Shown: positions 26,899-36,637, numbered from the stretch's first letter. The stretch is DNA of 56,614 nt from Myxococcales bacterium (GCA_009692605.1 SHYV01000001.1:1-56614); one strand, 5' to 3'. The notes: a model not told the origin generated them from the letters alone. A program made the numbers and translations.

Positions 26899-28005
26899 TC
26901 AGCTCATTCGGCCGCTCTGAACCTGAACCACCCGGACCGCGCTCTCCGACCCCAGCAGCACCGGCACGGCCCGCACGTCGGTGGTGCTGACGAACACCTG
27001 CGCCCCAAGCTCGTGGAGTCGTCGGACGAACGACGCGGTTCGCGCCGCATCGAGCTCGCTCCCGAGGTCGTCCACCAGGAAGATCGGCACCTCACCCGAC
27101 TCACCCGCAGCCAGAATCTCAGCGAGCTTCCAGGCGAGCACCACGGACCGCGCTTGACCCTGGGAGGCGTCCGACCGCGCAGGCTGACCACCGACCTGGA
27201 ACAGCAGGTCATCGCGCTGCGCTCCGCCCAGAACGCGCCGCCGCACCCGCTCCTGCGCGCGCTGTGACTCGACCAGAAGCGCATACCGGGCCACCAGGTC
27301 AGGCTCATCGCCTTCCCCAAGCGCGGATCGCAAGCGCACTTCGGCAGTCTCGCCCCCCGCGATCTCCGCGTAGAGTCGGCGAAAGGCATCGGAGATTCGG
27401 TCTACTGTTCCACGCCGCATCGCGGTCACCCGGGCACCGAGCGGCACGAGTTGGGCGTCGAGCACGTCGAGCTCAGCGTCCGTGGCTCTACCCGAGCGAT
27501 AGAGCGCCGCTTTTTGATCCAGCACCCGGCGATGGTCTCTTGCAACGGACAAATACTCAGGATTAAGAGTCAGTATTGTTCGGTCAAGCAGGGCTCGCCG
27601 AGCCACCGGTTCATCGCGAATGACCGCTACATCGGCCGGCGAAAACCAGCTTGCCCGGAGCGACATCAGCCAGCCGACGGCGTCTACCGCTCGTTCTTCA
27701 CGAACCAGACGTCGCCCCTGCTCGCCGCTTGAGAACGCGAACTGCCGAGTTTGGCCGTCCGAGCGTGCCACAGCACGCAGGTCCAACCCCGCGTGCGGAG
27801 CAGCGTTCACCCCGCAGCGGGGGATCGCCTCCGCCAACCTTGGGGTCCGAAAGCTCCGAAGGCTGCCCAACACACCGAGGGCCTCCAGCGCATTGGTCTT
27901 GCCCTGCCCGTTCGGTCCGTGAAAAACGACCATCGGCGCGTCCACATCCACCACGTCGTCCTGAAGATTTCGGAACGATCGAGCCTGAAATCGGATAATG
28001 CGCAT
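26899..28005 (-). CDS. recF: DNA replication and repair protein RecF
   Basis: The N-terminus FQARSFRNL...FHGPNGQGKTNALEAL (Walker A), an SMC-like signature, and Walker B LVDDLGSELD. Confidence 0.9.
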   Translation of the reverse strand: MRIIRFQARSFRNLQDDVVDVDAPMVVFHGPNGQGKTNALEALGVLGSLRSFRTPRLAEAIPRCGVNAAPHAGLDLRAVARSDGQTRQFAFSSGEQGRRLVREERAVDAVGWLMSLRASWFSPADVAVIRDEPVARRALLDRTILTLNPEYLSVARDHRRVLDQKAALYRSGRATDAELDVLDAQLVPLGARVTAMRRGTVDRISDAFRRLYAEIAGGETAEVRLRSALGEGDEPDLVARYALLVESQRAQERVRRRVLGGAQRDDLLFQVGGQPARSDASQGQARSVVLAWKLAEILAAGESGEVPIFLVDDLGSELDAARTASFVRRLHELGAQVFVSTTDVRAVPVLLGSESAVRVVQVQSGRMS

Positions 28006-28042
28006 CAGTGCGCCGAAGTCCAGGGGCTTCGGTGCATGGTTA

Positions 28043-29167
28043 CTAGTCCAACCGGACGGGCATCACCACGAACAGCGCGTCGCCCGAGTCCGGGTCCTTC
28101 ACCAGACAGGGCGACAGGGTGTCGCCAAGCTCCAAGAGTACGCGCGTGCTGCCCAGCACCCCGAGCACCTCTTGGAGAAACCGACCGTTGAACCCCATCG
28201 TGATCGGCTCGCCGTGCAGATCCATCGGCACCTCCTCTTTGGACTCGCCAGCGTCGAGCTTCCGAGACGTCAGCGTCAGCGTGTCGTCGGCCAGCGCGAA
28301 CTTCACCGAGCGCGAGGTGTCGGTCGCGAAGATCAGCACGCGCTTGAGAGCCTCCTGAAGCACCGCCCGCTCAACCGAAGCCCGTCGCTTGAACGCGCTT
28401 GGCAACACCTGTCGGTAGTCAGGAAAGTCTGCTTCGAGGAGTCTCATGTGAATGGTGCAATCCTCGAGCCGAACGACCGCTGCGCGCTCGCCAAAGGCGA
28501 TCTCCACATCCCCCTTCACACCGTCAATCAGCCGACGCACCTCGAACAGCCCCTTCCGCGGAACGAGGGACTTGCGACCGATCGCGAGCTCCCCGGTGAA
28601 CGGCGCCTGACTCCAGGACAACCGGTTGCCGTCGGTCGCGACGACGCGCAGGAGTGAGGTGCCATCGGGCCCGGTCACCTCTTCGAAGTGCGCGCCGTTC
28701 AAGCCGTACCGGTTGTCATCGGGAGCGACCGAGAAGAGGGTCTGATCAAGAACACGACAGAGCGCCTCGGCCGAAATGCGCAACGACCGACTCTGATCAA
28801 GTGGGGGCGTCACCGGAAACTCGCCGCCTGCTTGACCGACGAGCCGGAAGTTCGACGAGCCGGAGCGCACCTCGAGCCGCTGCTGGTCCATCAGCGTACA
28901 GGTGACGGTCTCTCCGCCGAGAGACTTCACCGTGTTGAGCAAATAGCCAGCATCAACCGCGATGTCCCCAGGCACCTTAACCGTCGCCGGCACCTGCCCG
29001 AACAGCGTCAGCGTCTTGTCCGTGCCGGTGTACCGAAGCATGCCGGAGGCGTCGGCCTGAAGCAGCACTGAACACAGGATCGAGCCGCTCTGAACCTTCT
29101 TCTCGACAAAGCCCGAGACCCGGGTGAGCGCCTGAAGCAAGCTGTCACGGGAGATGATGAAATCCAT
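28043..29167 (-). CDS. dnaN: DNA polymerase III beta sliding clamp
   Basis: ATG at 29167 gives MDFIISRDSLLQAL, typical of DnaN, with length about 374 aa. It sits between recF and dnaA. Confidence 0.9.
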   Translation of the reverse strand: MDFIISRDSLLQALTRVSGFVEKKVQSGSILCSVLLQADASGMLRYTGTDKTLTLFGQVPATVKVPGDIAVDAGYLLNTVKSLGGETVTCTLMDQQRLEVRSGSSNFRLVGQAGGEFPVTPPLDQSRSLRISAEALCRVLDQTLFSVAPDDNRYGLNGAHFEEVTGPDGTSLLRVVATDGNRLSWSQAPFTGELAIGRKSLVPRKGLFEVRRLIDGVKGDVEIAFGERAAVVRLEDCTIHMRLLEADFPDYRQVLPSAFKRRASVERAVLQEALKRVLIFATDTSRSVKFALADDTLTLTSRKLDAGESKEEVPMDLHGEPITMGFNGRFLQEVLGVLGSTRVLLELGDTLSPCLVKDPDSGDALFVVMPVRLD

Positions 29168-29494
29168 GTCCGAACTCCGCGAGGGGAAACAACTGCCTGC
29201 AAACAACTACAGGAGAAGTAATTGAGGATCAATATGTTGTTGTTGTAGTACCGCTGGGGATGAGCGGATAACTTCAATACGTTAGTTTATAGCTTGTTCT
29301 CTGGCCGGTACAGGCTGTGGAGATGATCCGGAGGGTTCCCGGATAACAGGACGGTTGTGCACAGCCTCGAACGCCACCGGCTTCGGGTTGTGGGTAACTC
29401 GATGAACTCTCCGTTGGTTGTCCATCATCAGTCCTCTGGTCTTCCCCAGGGTTGTCCACAGCGTTGAATACGGCCACGAGCGATGCTGCGAGCG
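29168..29494. other. Candidate chromosomal replication origin (oriC) in the dnaA-dnaN spacer
   Basis: Locally AT-rich stretch at 29205-29300. DnaA-box-like 9-mers scored against TTATCCACA/TGTGGATAA: 29452-29460 TTGTCCACA (8/9), 29389-29397 TGTGGGTAA (8/9), 29263-29271 AGCGGATAA (7/9), 29316-29324 TGTGGAGAT (7/9) and 29355-29363 TTGTGCACA (7/9). Confidence 0.55.
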
Positions 29495-30820
29495 CTACGC
29501 GAGCGGGGCGCGGCAGAGGCGATCGAGCAGCTCGATTTCGGCTCGGATGTTCGGGTCGCGCTCAGCGCTCTCCTCCACCCGGTTGCAGGCGTACTGCACC
29601 GTGGAGTTGTCGCGGCTGAACGCACGGCCGATCTCGGGGAACGACAGCCCGGTGATCACGCGGGTGAGGTACATCGCGACCTGACGCGGCCACGCGATGT
29701 TTGCTGGGCGCCGATTCCCGAGGATGTCGCTCGAGCGTAAGTGGTAGTGGTCGGCGACTCGGTTGATGATCCGCTCGGGGGTCGGCGCAGGCGCGGGCGG
29801 CGGGATCAGGTCTGACATGCGCTCATGCAAGAACGGCAGGGTGATCGGCGTGCGATAGAAGGCGTGCAACGCGGATAGTCGCTTCAATACACCTTCGAGT
29901 TCACGAACGCTCGACCGAACGCGCTGTGCGATCGTGTACTGGACGTCGGTCGGGATGTCCAGCCGCATCGCCTGAGCCTTGCGGGCGAGGATCGCCATCA
30001 TCGTCTCTACGTCGGGCGGCTGTACGTCGACCAAAAGTCCCTGCTCGAACCGCGTACGCAGCCGTGGTGCCAGCTTGCCGAGGTTCCGAGGCGGCTCGTC
30101 CGAGGTGATCACGATCTGCTTGCCGTTCGCCTTCATCGCCTCGAAGATGTGGAAGAGCTCCTCTTCGGTGCGCTCGCGGCCTTCGATGAACTGGATGTCA
30201 TCGAGGATCAGCAGGTCAACCTCGGTCCGAAAGCGTTCCTGAAACTGCAGGTTCGCCTGATTCTGGATCGCCCGAACCATCTGCTCGAAGAACTGCTGGG
30301 CACCGTAGTAGCAGACGTTCAGGTGAGGGTGGAGCTGCTCGACACGATTGCCGATCGCGTGGGAGAGGTGGGTCTTGCCAAGGCCGGTGCTGCCGTAGAT
30401 GAACAGCGGATTGTAGATGTGGGCGGGGGTCTCGACGACGGCGATGGCGGCGGCGTGAGCGAACTCGTTGCATCGTCCTACGACGAAGTTCTCAAACACC
30501 AGGGACCGATCGACCGAAGGGATGCGCGCTCGGGGTGGGTGACCGTTGGCAGCGGGAGCCGCCGCGCTGTCGCCCAGCAGCTCGACGCTGACCGTGCGTC
30601 CGAGCACCTCGGCGCACGCCCCCGCGATCTCGGCGTGGAGGTTCTCGGCGATCCAGTCATGGTGCCACCGGGACGCGGTTCGGAAGACCACCCGGCGGAC
30701 ATCGCTCACGCTCGGGAGCAGCGCCGAGACCTCGAGTCCAGAGCGCACCCATGCGTCCATGTCGCGGTCCCCGATCTTGACTTCCAGACGGGCGCAGAAA
30801 TCGTTCCAGAAAAGGTCCAT
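29495..30820 (-). CDS. dnaA: Chromosomal replication initiator protein DnaA
   Basis: ATG at 30820 (MDLFWNDFCARL). AAA+ Walker A GSTGLGKTHL, Walker B LILDDIQF, and the C-terminal DNA-binding domain with RQVAMYL and GRAFSRDNSTV. Confidence 0.9.
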   Translation of the reverse strand: MDLFWNDFCARLEVKIGDRDMDAWVRSGLEVSALLPSVSDVRRVVFRTASRWHHDWIAENLHAEIAGACAEVLGRTVSVELLGDSAAAPAANGHPPRARIPSVDRSLVFENFVVGRCNEFAHAAAIAVVETPAHIYNPLFIYGSTGLGKTHLSHAIGNRVEQLHPHLNVCYYGAQQFFEQMVRAIQNQANLQFQERFRTEVDLLILDDIQFIEGRERTEEELFHIFEAMKANGKQIVITSDEPPRNLGKLAPRLRTRFEQGLLVDVQPPDVETMMAILARKAQAMRLDIPTDVQYTIAQRVRSSVRELEGVLKRLSALHAFYRTPITLPFLHERMSDLIPPPAPAPTPERIINRVADHYHLRSSDILGNRRPANIAWPRQVAMYLTRVITGLSFPEIGRAFSRDNSTVQYACNRVEESAERDPNIRAEIELLDRLCRAPLA

Positions 30821-31060
30821 GCTTAAGAATCCACTACGGTCAGTCGCTCGATGGCGAGCTTTGGGCCGCAGAAACGTGTACCCGAACCGGAGGAATTGCT
30901 CAAGCCCCAGGCAACCCGCAACTAGCAGCGGAGCCGTGTGGTAGATTTCAATTTGAATGGTTAGCAGGCGCATAAGCGGGAAATATTCGGATGATCCGTA
31001 CTTGCCGTGGGCATCTGCCGCGATACACGCCGCGGCCTCTCTGTACAGGTCGGAGTTCAT

Positions 31061-31219
31061 ATGTCCAAGCGTACTTTTCAGCCTCACAACATCCGTCGCA
31101 AGCGTACCCACGGTTTCCGGGAGCGCATGTCCACCACCGCGGGTCGCGCGCTGCTCGCTCGCCGCCGGGCGAAGGGCCGCAAGCGGCTCGTCGTCGTCAT
31201 CGCCGACAAGCGCTCGTAG
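31061..31219 (+). CDS. rpmH: 50S ribosomal protein L34
   Basis: [23 protein letters not shown] is the near-universal L34 N-terminus. Confidence 0.9.
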   Translation: MSKRTFQPHNIRRKRTHGFRERMSTTAGRALLARRRAKGRKRLVVVIADKRS

Positions 31220-31239
31220 TCTACGCGGCGCGAGGAACG

Positions 31240-31677
31240 ATGGAGCGATTGCGTCGCTCTGCCGACTTCACGCGTGTGCAGTCGGCAGGTCGTCGGGTGC
31301 GTGGCACCCACTTCCAGCTCGTTGTCGCGCCGGGTGGTGCGGTGCGCGCTCGTTGTGGCTTTGCGGTCAGCCGCAAAGTTGGCAATGCCGTTGTGCGGAA
31401 TCGCGTCAAGCGCTGGCTGCGTGAAGCGACGCGAGATGCGTGGTCTCGGGTGTCCGACCGGGTGGTGGACCTTGTTTTTATCGCTCGTCCGGGCGCAGGG
31501 GAAGCTGGGTTTCTGCCGGTCTCGGCGGAGGTTCAGGATCTCCTGAGGCGCGCCGCCCTGCTTTCGGTTTCGCCGTCTGGCGCTGTCGCCCCGGCGTTTG
31601 CTTCTCCTCCTGCCGTTGCGCCTGCCCCCGTCCCCGCACCCGCGCCGTCTCCTCTGGTCACGACCGGTCACAAGTGA
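31240..31677 (+). CDS. rnpA: Ribonuclease P protein component with a Pro/Ala-rich C-terminal extension
   Basis: The RNR motif region FAVSRKVGNAVVRNRVKRWLRE, and its position directly after rpmH. Confidence 0.85.
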   Translation: MERLRRSADFTRVQSAGRRVRGTHFQLVVAPGGAVRARCGFAVSRKVGNAVVRNRVKRWLREATRDAWSRVSDRVVDLVFIARPGAGEAGFLPVSAEVQDLLRRAALLSVSPSGAVAPAFASPPAVAPAPVPAPAPSPLVTTGHK

Positions 31678-31684
31678 GCGCCTG

Positions 31685-31951
31685 ATGATGAAGCCGTTGG
31701 TGCTCGCCGCCATCCGTGCCTACCAGCGAGCGATCTCCTGGTGGATGCCTCCCGTGTGCCGATTTTACCCGTCCTGCAGCAAGTACACGGCTGAGGCCGT
31801 GGCGATCTGGGGGCCGTCGCGCGGTCTCTGGCTCGGCGTCCAGCGGATCTTCCGATGTGGCCCGTGGCATCCCGGCGGGCTCGACCCGGTGCCGCGCCCA
31901 GAGGAACCCGACGCCCCTGATTCGTGCGCCTGCCATGCGGGTACGCCATGA
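31685..31951 (+). CDS. yidD: Membrane protein insertion efficiency factor YidD
   Basis: YQRAISWWMPPVCRFYPSCSKYTAEA is the YidD signature. Confidence 0.85.
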   Translation: MMKPLVLAAIRAYQRAISWWMPPVCRFYPSCSKYTAEAVAIWGPSRGLWLGVQRIFRCGPWHPGGLDPVPRPEEPDAPDSCACHAGTP

Positions 31952-33648
31952 GCGAACCCGCCCGCCCGCGTGACGCCGGAGAGCAGCGGACGCTGATCGC
32001 CATCGCGATGTGCATGGTCGTGTTTTGGGGATGGTCGAACTGGTTCGCCCCAAAGGTGGACCCGGCGCTCGTCGACGGGCAGCCCAGCGCCGAATCGGCT
32101 CCGGTGCTGCCGGCAGCGCCCGCCGTCGTGGCGAGCGCACCGATCGTAGACCAGCCGTGCAGCGATACCCGAGAGGTGTTCGCCACGTCGACGTTCAGCA
32201 TGGCGGTGTCGGATTGCGGTGCGGTGCGCTCGATCGATCTGCCGGGTGTGCAAGCACCGGTCATCGTGACCCCGTGGTGGACGTGGCTGTTCGCCAAGGC
32301 GGGCACCTTCACTGGCAGCGCCGACCCCGGGCCGTGGGTGCCGTACCGTAGCGGCGGCGCGCATGAAACCCTGCTCGGCCCCAACGGCCAGTTTCTGGGC
32401 GCCGGTCGCGGTGCTCTTGGACTGCCTTCTCTCGGACATGCCGACGTGGTGCGCTCCGGCGACTCGGTGTCCTGGGCGCGAACGGAGGGCGGGCTCAAGG
32501 TCACCAGCACACTCTCCCCCGGCGAGTCGTCTGACCTCGCCAACCTCACGATCCAGTGGGAGAGCGACCGCCCGCTGGTCGGGCCGTTCTGGGTGCTAGG
32601 CGAGGACGCGCTGTTGCCGGTGGAGACCGCCGAGGCCATGCAGCCTCGACTCGAAGCGGGCGCCGCCGGCGAGCTCGATACGCTGCTCGCGCCGCAGGAC
32701 GTCGGCGCCTCTCAGCCGGTGGGCGAAGGTCCTGCCGACTGGTTCGGGGTCGGCGATCGCTACTTCCTGGCTGCGGCCAAGCCTCTCTCTGGTACGAGCG
32801 GCTCTGTGCAGTATGCTGCCTTGCCGGGGGCGAGCGCAGAGGATGTTGCGTCGGGGCGGTTCCGCGTCGGGGTTTATTTTCTCTCAGACGCCACGGACAT
32901 CGGTCCGGGCAAGCCCTTGGTTCAGAACTTCCAGATCTACGTGGGAGCGAAGAAGTCGGAGCGGCTGTCGGAGATCGGCGGCGGGCTCGAGTCCGGCGTC
33001 AGCCTGGGCTGGTTCGCGCTTTTCGCCAAGGTGATCCTGTTCACCTTGCAGCTCTTCGGCAACGTCATCTCCAACTGGGGCCTGTGCATCATCGCGCTGA
33101 CCTTCCTGATCCGGGCGTCGCTCTTCCCGCTCGCCGCCAAGGGCTTCAAGAGCGGCAAGCAGATGCAGGAGGTGCAGCCGAAGCTCAAGGAGCTGCAGAC
33201 GCTCTACCCGGATGACAAGGAGAAGCAGTCGGCCGAGACGATGCGCATCATGCGCGAGCACGGCGTGAACCCGCTCGCGGGTTGCTTGCCGATCATCCCG
33301 CAGATGCTGGTGTTCTGGGCGCTCGCTTCGGCGTTGGCGGCCAGCCCGGACCTGTATGGCGCGGAATTCCTCTACCTGCAGGATCTGTCCATGCAGGACC
33401 CGTACGGTGTGCTGGCGGTCTTGATCATCGCTGGCATGTACGCACAGCAGCAGCTGATGCCGATGACCGGGATCGATCCGACGCAGGCGCAGATGATGAA
33501 GGCGATGCCTCTCATCTTCGGCTTCCTGATGTTCAACTACCCGTCCGGCATGTCGGTCTACTACGTGGTCAACACCGTCCTCATGATCCTCCAACAGTGG
33601 TACATCATGCGGGACGGTGGAACCATCGCCCCTTCGCTGCCGATTTGA
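31948..33648 (+). CDS. yidC: Membrane protein insertase YidC
   Basis: The ATG overlaps the yidD stop (ATGA). The conserved C-terminal core contains GLCIIALTFLIRASLFPL, NPLAGCLP and YYVVNTVLMILQQ. Confidence 0.9.
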   Translation: MSEPARPRDAGEQRTLIAIAMCMVVFWGWSNWFAPKVDPALVDGQPSAESAPVLPAAPAVVASAPIVDQPCSDTREVFATSTFSMAVSDCGAVRSIDLPGVQAPVIVTPWWTWLFAKAGTFTGSADPGPWVPYRSGGAHETLLGPNGQFLGAGRGALGLPSLGHADVVRSGDSVSWARTEGGLKVTSTLSPGESSDLANLTIQWESDRPLVGPFWVLGEDALLPVETAEAMQPRLEAGAAGELDTLLAPQDVGASQPVGEGPADWFGVGDRYFLAAAKPLSGTSGSVQYAALPGASAEDVASGRFRVGVYFLSDATDIGPGKPLVQNFQIYVGAKKSERLSEIGGGLESGVSLGWFALFAKVILFTLQLFGNVISNWGLCIIALTFLIRASLFPLAAKGFKSGKQMQEVQPKLKELQTLYPDDKEKQSAETMRIMREHGVNPLAGCLPIIPQMLVFWALASALAASPDLYGAEFLYLQDLSMQDPYGVLAVLIIAGMYAQQQLMPMTGIDPTQAQMMKAMPLIFGFLMFNYPSGMSVYYVVNTVLMILQQWYIMRDGGTIAPSLPI

Positions 33649-33671
33649 CCCCGACTCTTCTGCTTTGACCC

Positions 33672-34571
33672 TTGGAGCCCCACATGAGCATGCCTGATTC
33701 CCACGTCCACGCCGAAGGCCGCAGCCTGAAGCTCGCCATCGAAGCCGCCGCCGCGACCCTCGGTGTGCCCGTGAATCTGATCCAGCACAAGCTGGACATG
33801 GAGCACTTCAAGTCCGCCGGCACCACCGGCGCGGAGACCGTGAAGATCTTCGCCTGGGCCAAGGATCCTGGCGATGTCGCCGCGTCCAATGACGCAGAAG
33901 CGTGGATGTCGGGCCTCCTGAAGAGCATGGGCCGCGAAGGCCGCGTCCGCGCCGAGAAGCGGGACGGCGTGGTGCTCACTTGCGTGGATGTGGGCGAGGC
34001 GGGCCGCCACCTTGTCGGCCGAGGCGGCAGCACGCTGCGCGCCATCCAGTACCTGATGGAGGCCTCCATCGCGTCCTCCCATCCCGGCGTCGAATTCCGA
34101 ATCGACGTGGCGCGCCCCGAGGGCGATGGCCCGTCCGCGGACGGTCGTGGCGACGACCGGCCGCCCCGTCGGGACGACTACGCCGATCGGGGTCCTCGCC
34201 GGGATGCCGGCCCGGGCGACCGTGGTCCTCGCCGGGATGGACCTTCGGGCGACCGTGGTCCTCGCCGGGATGCCGGCCCGGGCGACCGTGGTCCTCGCCG
34301 GGATGGACCTTCGGGCGACCGTGGTCCTCGCCGCGATGATCGCGGGGATCGCGGTTCCAGCGAGGATCGCCTGCGGGCTCTGGCCCAGAAGCTGGCCCGC
34401 ATGGTCTCCGAGAGCGGGCAGGCCGAGATCACCCGGCGCGCGCTGAACAGCTACGAGCGCCGTCTCGTCCACACCGAGGTCGCTAACGTGCCCGGGATCG
34501 GGTCGCGGTCGCTCGGTGAGGGCACCGAGAAGCAGGTCGAGATCTACAAGGTGGCGTCGAGCGAGGAGTAG
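33672..34571 (+). CDS. jag: Jag/SpoIIIJ-associated RNA-binding protein (Jag_N, KH, R3H) with a repetitive Arg/Asp/Gly/Pro insertion
   Basis: The KH-like GRGGSTLRAIQYL and the R3H motif LNSYERRLVHTEV. TTG at 33672 or ATG at 33684. Confidence 0.85.
   Translation: MEPHMSMPDSHVHAEGRSLKLAIEAAAATLGVPVNLIQHKLDMEHFKSAGTTGAETVKIFAWAKDPGDVAASNDAEAWMSGLLKSMGREGRVRAEKRDGVVLTCVDVGEAGRHLVGRGGSTLRAIQYLMEASIASSHPGVEFRIDVARPEGDGPSADGRGDDRPPRRDDYADRGPRRDAGPGDRGPRRDGPSGDRGPRRDAGPGDRGPRRDGPSGDRGPRRDDRGDRGSSEDRLRALAQKLARMVSESGQAEITRRALNSYERRLVHTEVANVPGIGSRSLGEGTEKQVEIYKVASSEE
34191..34335 (+). repeat. 33-bp in-frame tandem repeat (about 4.4 units, alternating two variants) inside jag
   Basis: GGTCCTCGCCGGGATGCCGGCCCGGGCGACCGT alternates with GGTCCTCGCCGGGATGGACCTTCGGGCGACCGT. 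The 66-bp pair is repeated perfectly twice and encodes GPRRDAGPGDR/GPRRDGPSGDR. Confidence 0.9.
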
Positions 34572-34578
34572 TCGCGCC

Positions 34579-35094
34579 GTGGTCACCCGCCGGCACCTGC
34601 TCGCGGCCGCGGTCGCTTTGGCGACGGTGCCGGCAGGGCTGGCTGGGGTGGTGTGCACGTGGTGGGCGCAACCCCCGCAGGCTCCTCTTCGGAACCTGTC
34701 CGCCTCTGAAGTGGCGTTCTTCGATGCGCTGGCAGAGGCGATCTTCCCGCCCGGTGGCATCCCGGAGCTCTCTGGGCGTGAGGCGGGGGTGTGCCGCTAC
34801 ATCGATGGGGTGCTGGCGGGCATGGCGGAGACGCAACGGGACCTCTTTCGGCTGAGCCTCCATGCGCTGAACACGCTCGCCTACAAGCAGGTCGGGGCGA
34901 CGCTCCCCGATCTCGACGCCGGGCAGGTGGCGGAGGTGCTTCGCGGCTGGCTCACCGCGGCGGACGGGAACCTCCGCGGGCTCGCCCAATCGCTCCACAT
35001 CTTGGTCGGCATGGCGTTCCTCGCGCACCCCGGCGTGAGCCCGGTCGTCGCGGGGCAGTTCGGCTGCGGGTTCGGAGACCCCGATGGCGGGTAG
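34579..35094 (+). CDS. Gluconate 2-dehydrogenase subunit 3-like small subunit (Tat-type signal)
   Basis: GTG at 34579 gives VVTRRHLLAAAVALATVPAGLAG. It is paired with a downstream overlapping GMC oxidoreductase, as is typical for this family. Confidence 0.65.
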   Translation: MVTRRHLLAAAVALATVPAGLAGVVCTWWAQPPQAPLRNLSASEVAFFDALAEAIFPPGGIPELSGREAGVCRYIDGVLAGMAETQRDLFRLSLHALNTLAYKQVGATLPDLDAGQVAEVLRGWLTAADGNLRGLAQSLHILVGMAFLAHPGVSPVVAGQFGCGFGDPDGG

Positions 35095-36637
35095 GTGGGA
35101 CCCGGCGCAGGGACCGCTGCGCCTGCCGACCCCGGAGGCCGCTGGGTTTTCGGCGAGCGACAAAGAGGAGGTCGCCGATGTCGTGATCGTCGGCGCGGGT
35201 CCAGGCGGATCGGCGTGCGCCCGGGCGCTCGCGCTGGCCGGGGCAAAGGTGATCGTCATCGAGGAGGGGCCTGCGCGGCAGCGCTACGCCCGACACTTCG
35301 GCCCCTCGATGCGCCACCACCAGCAGGAAGGGGGCGCCATGGTGGCGATGTCCGCCGCGCCGATCCCGATCGCCGCCGGGCGAGGGCTTGGGGGCGGGAC
35401 GATCATCAACAGCGCGATCGCCTGGCGTGCGCCAGACGCGGTGCTGGCAGGCTGGGCGGAGGTGGTCGGCGACGATGGCTTCGCCCCCAGCGTGCTCGAG
35501 CCGGTGTACGACATGCTCTGGGGCCTGCTTGGCATTTGGTCGACCCGGCTCGAGATCGCCGGCGAGAACAACGCCATCATCGTGCGGGGCGCTGAGAAAT
35601 GTGGGTATGAAGGCGGTTATCTTGAGCGCGCGACGCCCGGTTGCTCCGGGTGCGGGGTCTGCTACTACGGCTGCCCCACCGGCGGGAAGGCGAGCGTGGA
35701 TACCAACCTCCTCGCGGACGCCGTCGCCAATGGCGCGCGGATTCAGGCTGAGACCAAGGTGGACCGGATCCTCATCGACCGGGTGGACGGGACGGACCGG
35801 GCAGTGGGCGTTTCTGGTCAGATGTTCGATCCGGACACCGGAGAGCCGGGCGGTCGGTGCACGGTGCGGGCTCGTCGCGTCGTCATCGCTGCAGGCGGGG
35901 TCGGCACTCCTCGCCTGCTCCACCATGCGGGCCTCGGCGGTCGGCTGGGCCCGGCCGTTGGAGAGGGGCTCCATCTACACCCCGGAAACGCCGTGCTCGG
36001 CTGGTGCGACCATGAGGTGCTGCTGTGGAAGGGCGCGACTCAAGGCGCCTATTTTCACCCGCCCGGTCTGCACGGCGTGCTGCCGCACACCTTCTCTTCG
36101 CCGCCCGAGGCCCTGCTCTCGCTGTTGACGCTCACCGGTCAAGCGACGAAGGAGGCGCTGCCCAGATTCAAGAACCTGTGCGGCTGTGTGGTGATGATCA
36201 GCGACAGCGGCACCGGTTCGGTGCGCGCGTGGGGCGATGGCCGCGCGCGCATCTCATACACTTTCGCTGAGGATGATATCGACCGGATCAAGGCGGGGAT
36301 GTACCATACGGCGCGCGTGCTTCTGGCCGGCGGTGCCCGCGTCGTCTTCGCCCCGGTGTACGGGACGAGCGTGTACAAGACGGCAGAGTCGCTCCGCGAC
36401 GCGCTCGCCCCTCTTCCTGTGGCGAACTTCACGCTCTACGCGTCCCATCCGATGTCGTCCTGCCGCATGGGGAAGGACCCCGCTGCGAGCGTCATCGGGC
36501 CGACCGGAGAGAGCCACGGGTTAGCAGGACTGTACATCACGGACAGCTCGATCTTCCCGACGTCGCTCGGCGTCAACCCCTCCCTGACCACCATGGCGAT
36601 GGGGACGCTGCTCGGGGAGCGGATGGGGGCCGGTTGA
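35084..36637 (+). CDS. GMC family FAD-dependent oxidoreductase
   Basis: FAD fingerprint DVVIVGAGPGGSACA and the C-terminal GMC motifs HPMSSCRMG and GLYITDSSIFPTS. Confidence 0.85.
   Translation: MAGRWDPAQGPLRLPTPEAAGFSASDKEEVADVVIVGAGPGGSACARALALAGAKVIVIEEGPARQRYARHFGPSMRHHQQEGGAMVAMSAAPIPIAAGRGLGGGTIINSAIAWRAPDAVLAGWAEVVGDDGFAPSVLEPVYDMLWGLLGIWSTRLEIAGENNAIIVRGAEKCGYEGGYLERATPGCSGCGVCYYGCPTGGKASVDTNLLADAVANGARIQAETKVDRILIDRVDGTDRAVGVSGQMFDPDTGEPGGRCTVRARRVVIAAGGVGTPRLLHHAGLGGRLGPAVGEGLHLHPGNAVLGWCDHEVLLWKGATQGAYFHPPGLHGVLPHTFSSPPEALLSLLTLTGQATKEALPRFKNLCGCVVMISDSGTGSVRAWGDGRARISYTFAEDDIDRIKAGMYHTARVLLAGGARVVFAPVYGTSVYKTAESLRDALAPLPVANFTLYASHPMSSCRMGKDPAASVIGPTGESHGLAGLYITDSSIFPTSLGVNPSLTTMAMGTLLGERMGAG

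Noticed and set aside
30821-31060. Second DnaA-box cluster or alternative oriC in the dnaA-rpmH spacer
   Set aside because: I found only one weak 6/9 match (TGTGGTAGA at 30937-30945) and a short AT-rich patch. This is more consistent with divergent dnaA and rpmH promoters than with an origin, and it is much weaker than the dnaA-dnaN spacer.
34191-34335. Possible CRISPR-like array (also considered for 43165-43335 and 55647-55722)
   Set aside because: The repeats are directly tandem with no unique spacers, have 6-33 bp units, are in-frame within well-supported CDS, and have no cas genes nearby.
33561-34760. Minus-strand ORF of 399 aa across jag, and several repeat-derived ORFs at 33902-34446
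   Set aside because: They are generated by the 33-bp repeats being open in all frames. The plus frame carries the Jag_N/KH/R3H motifs.
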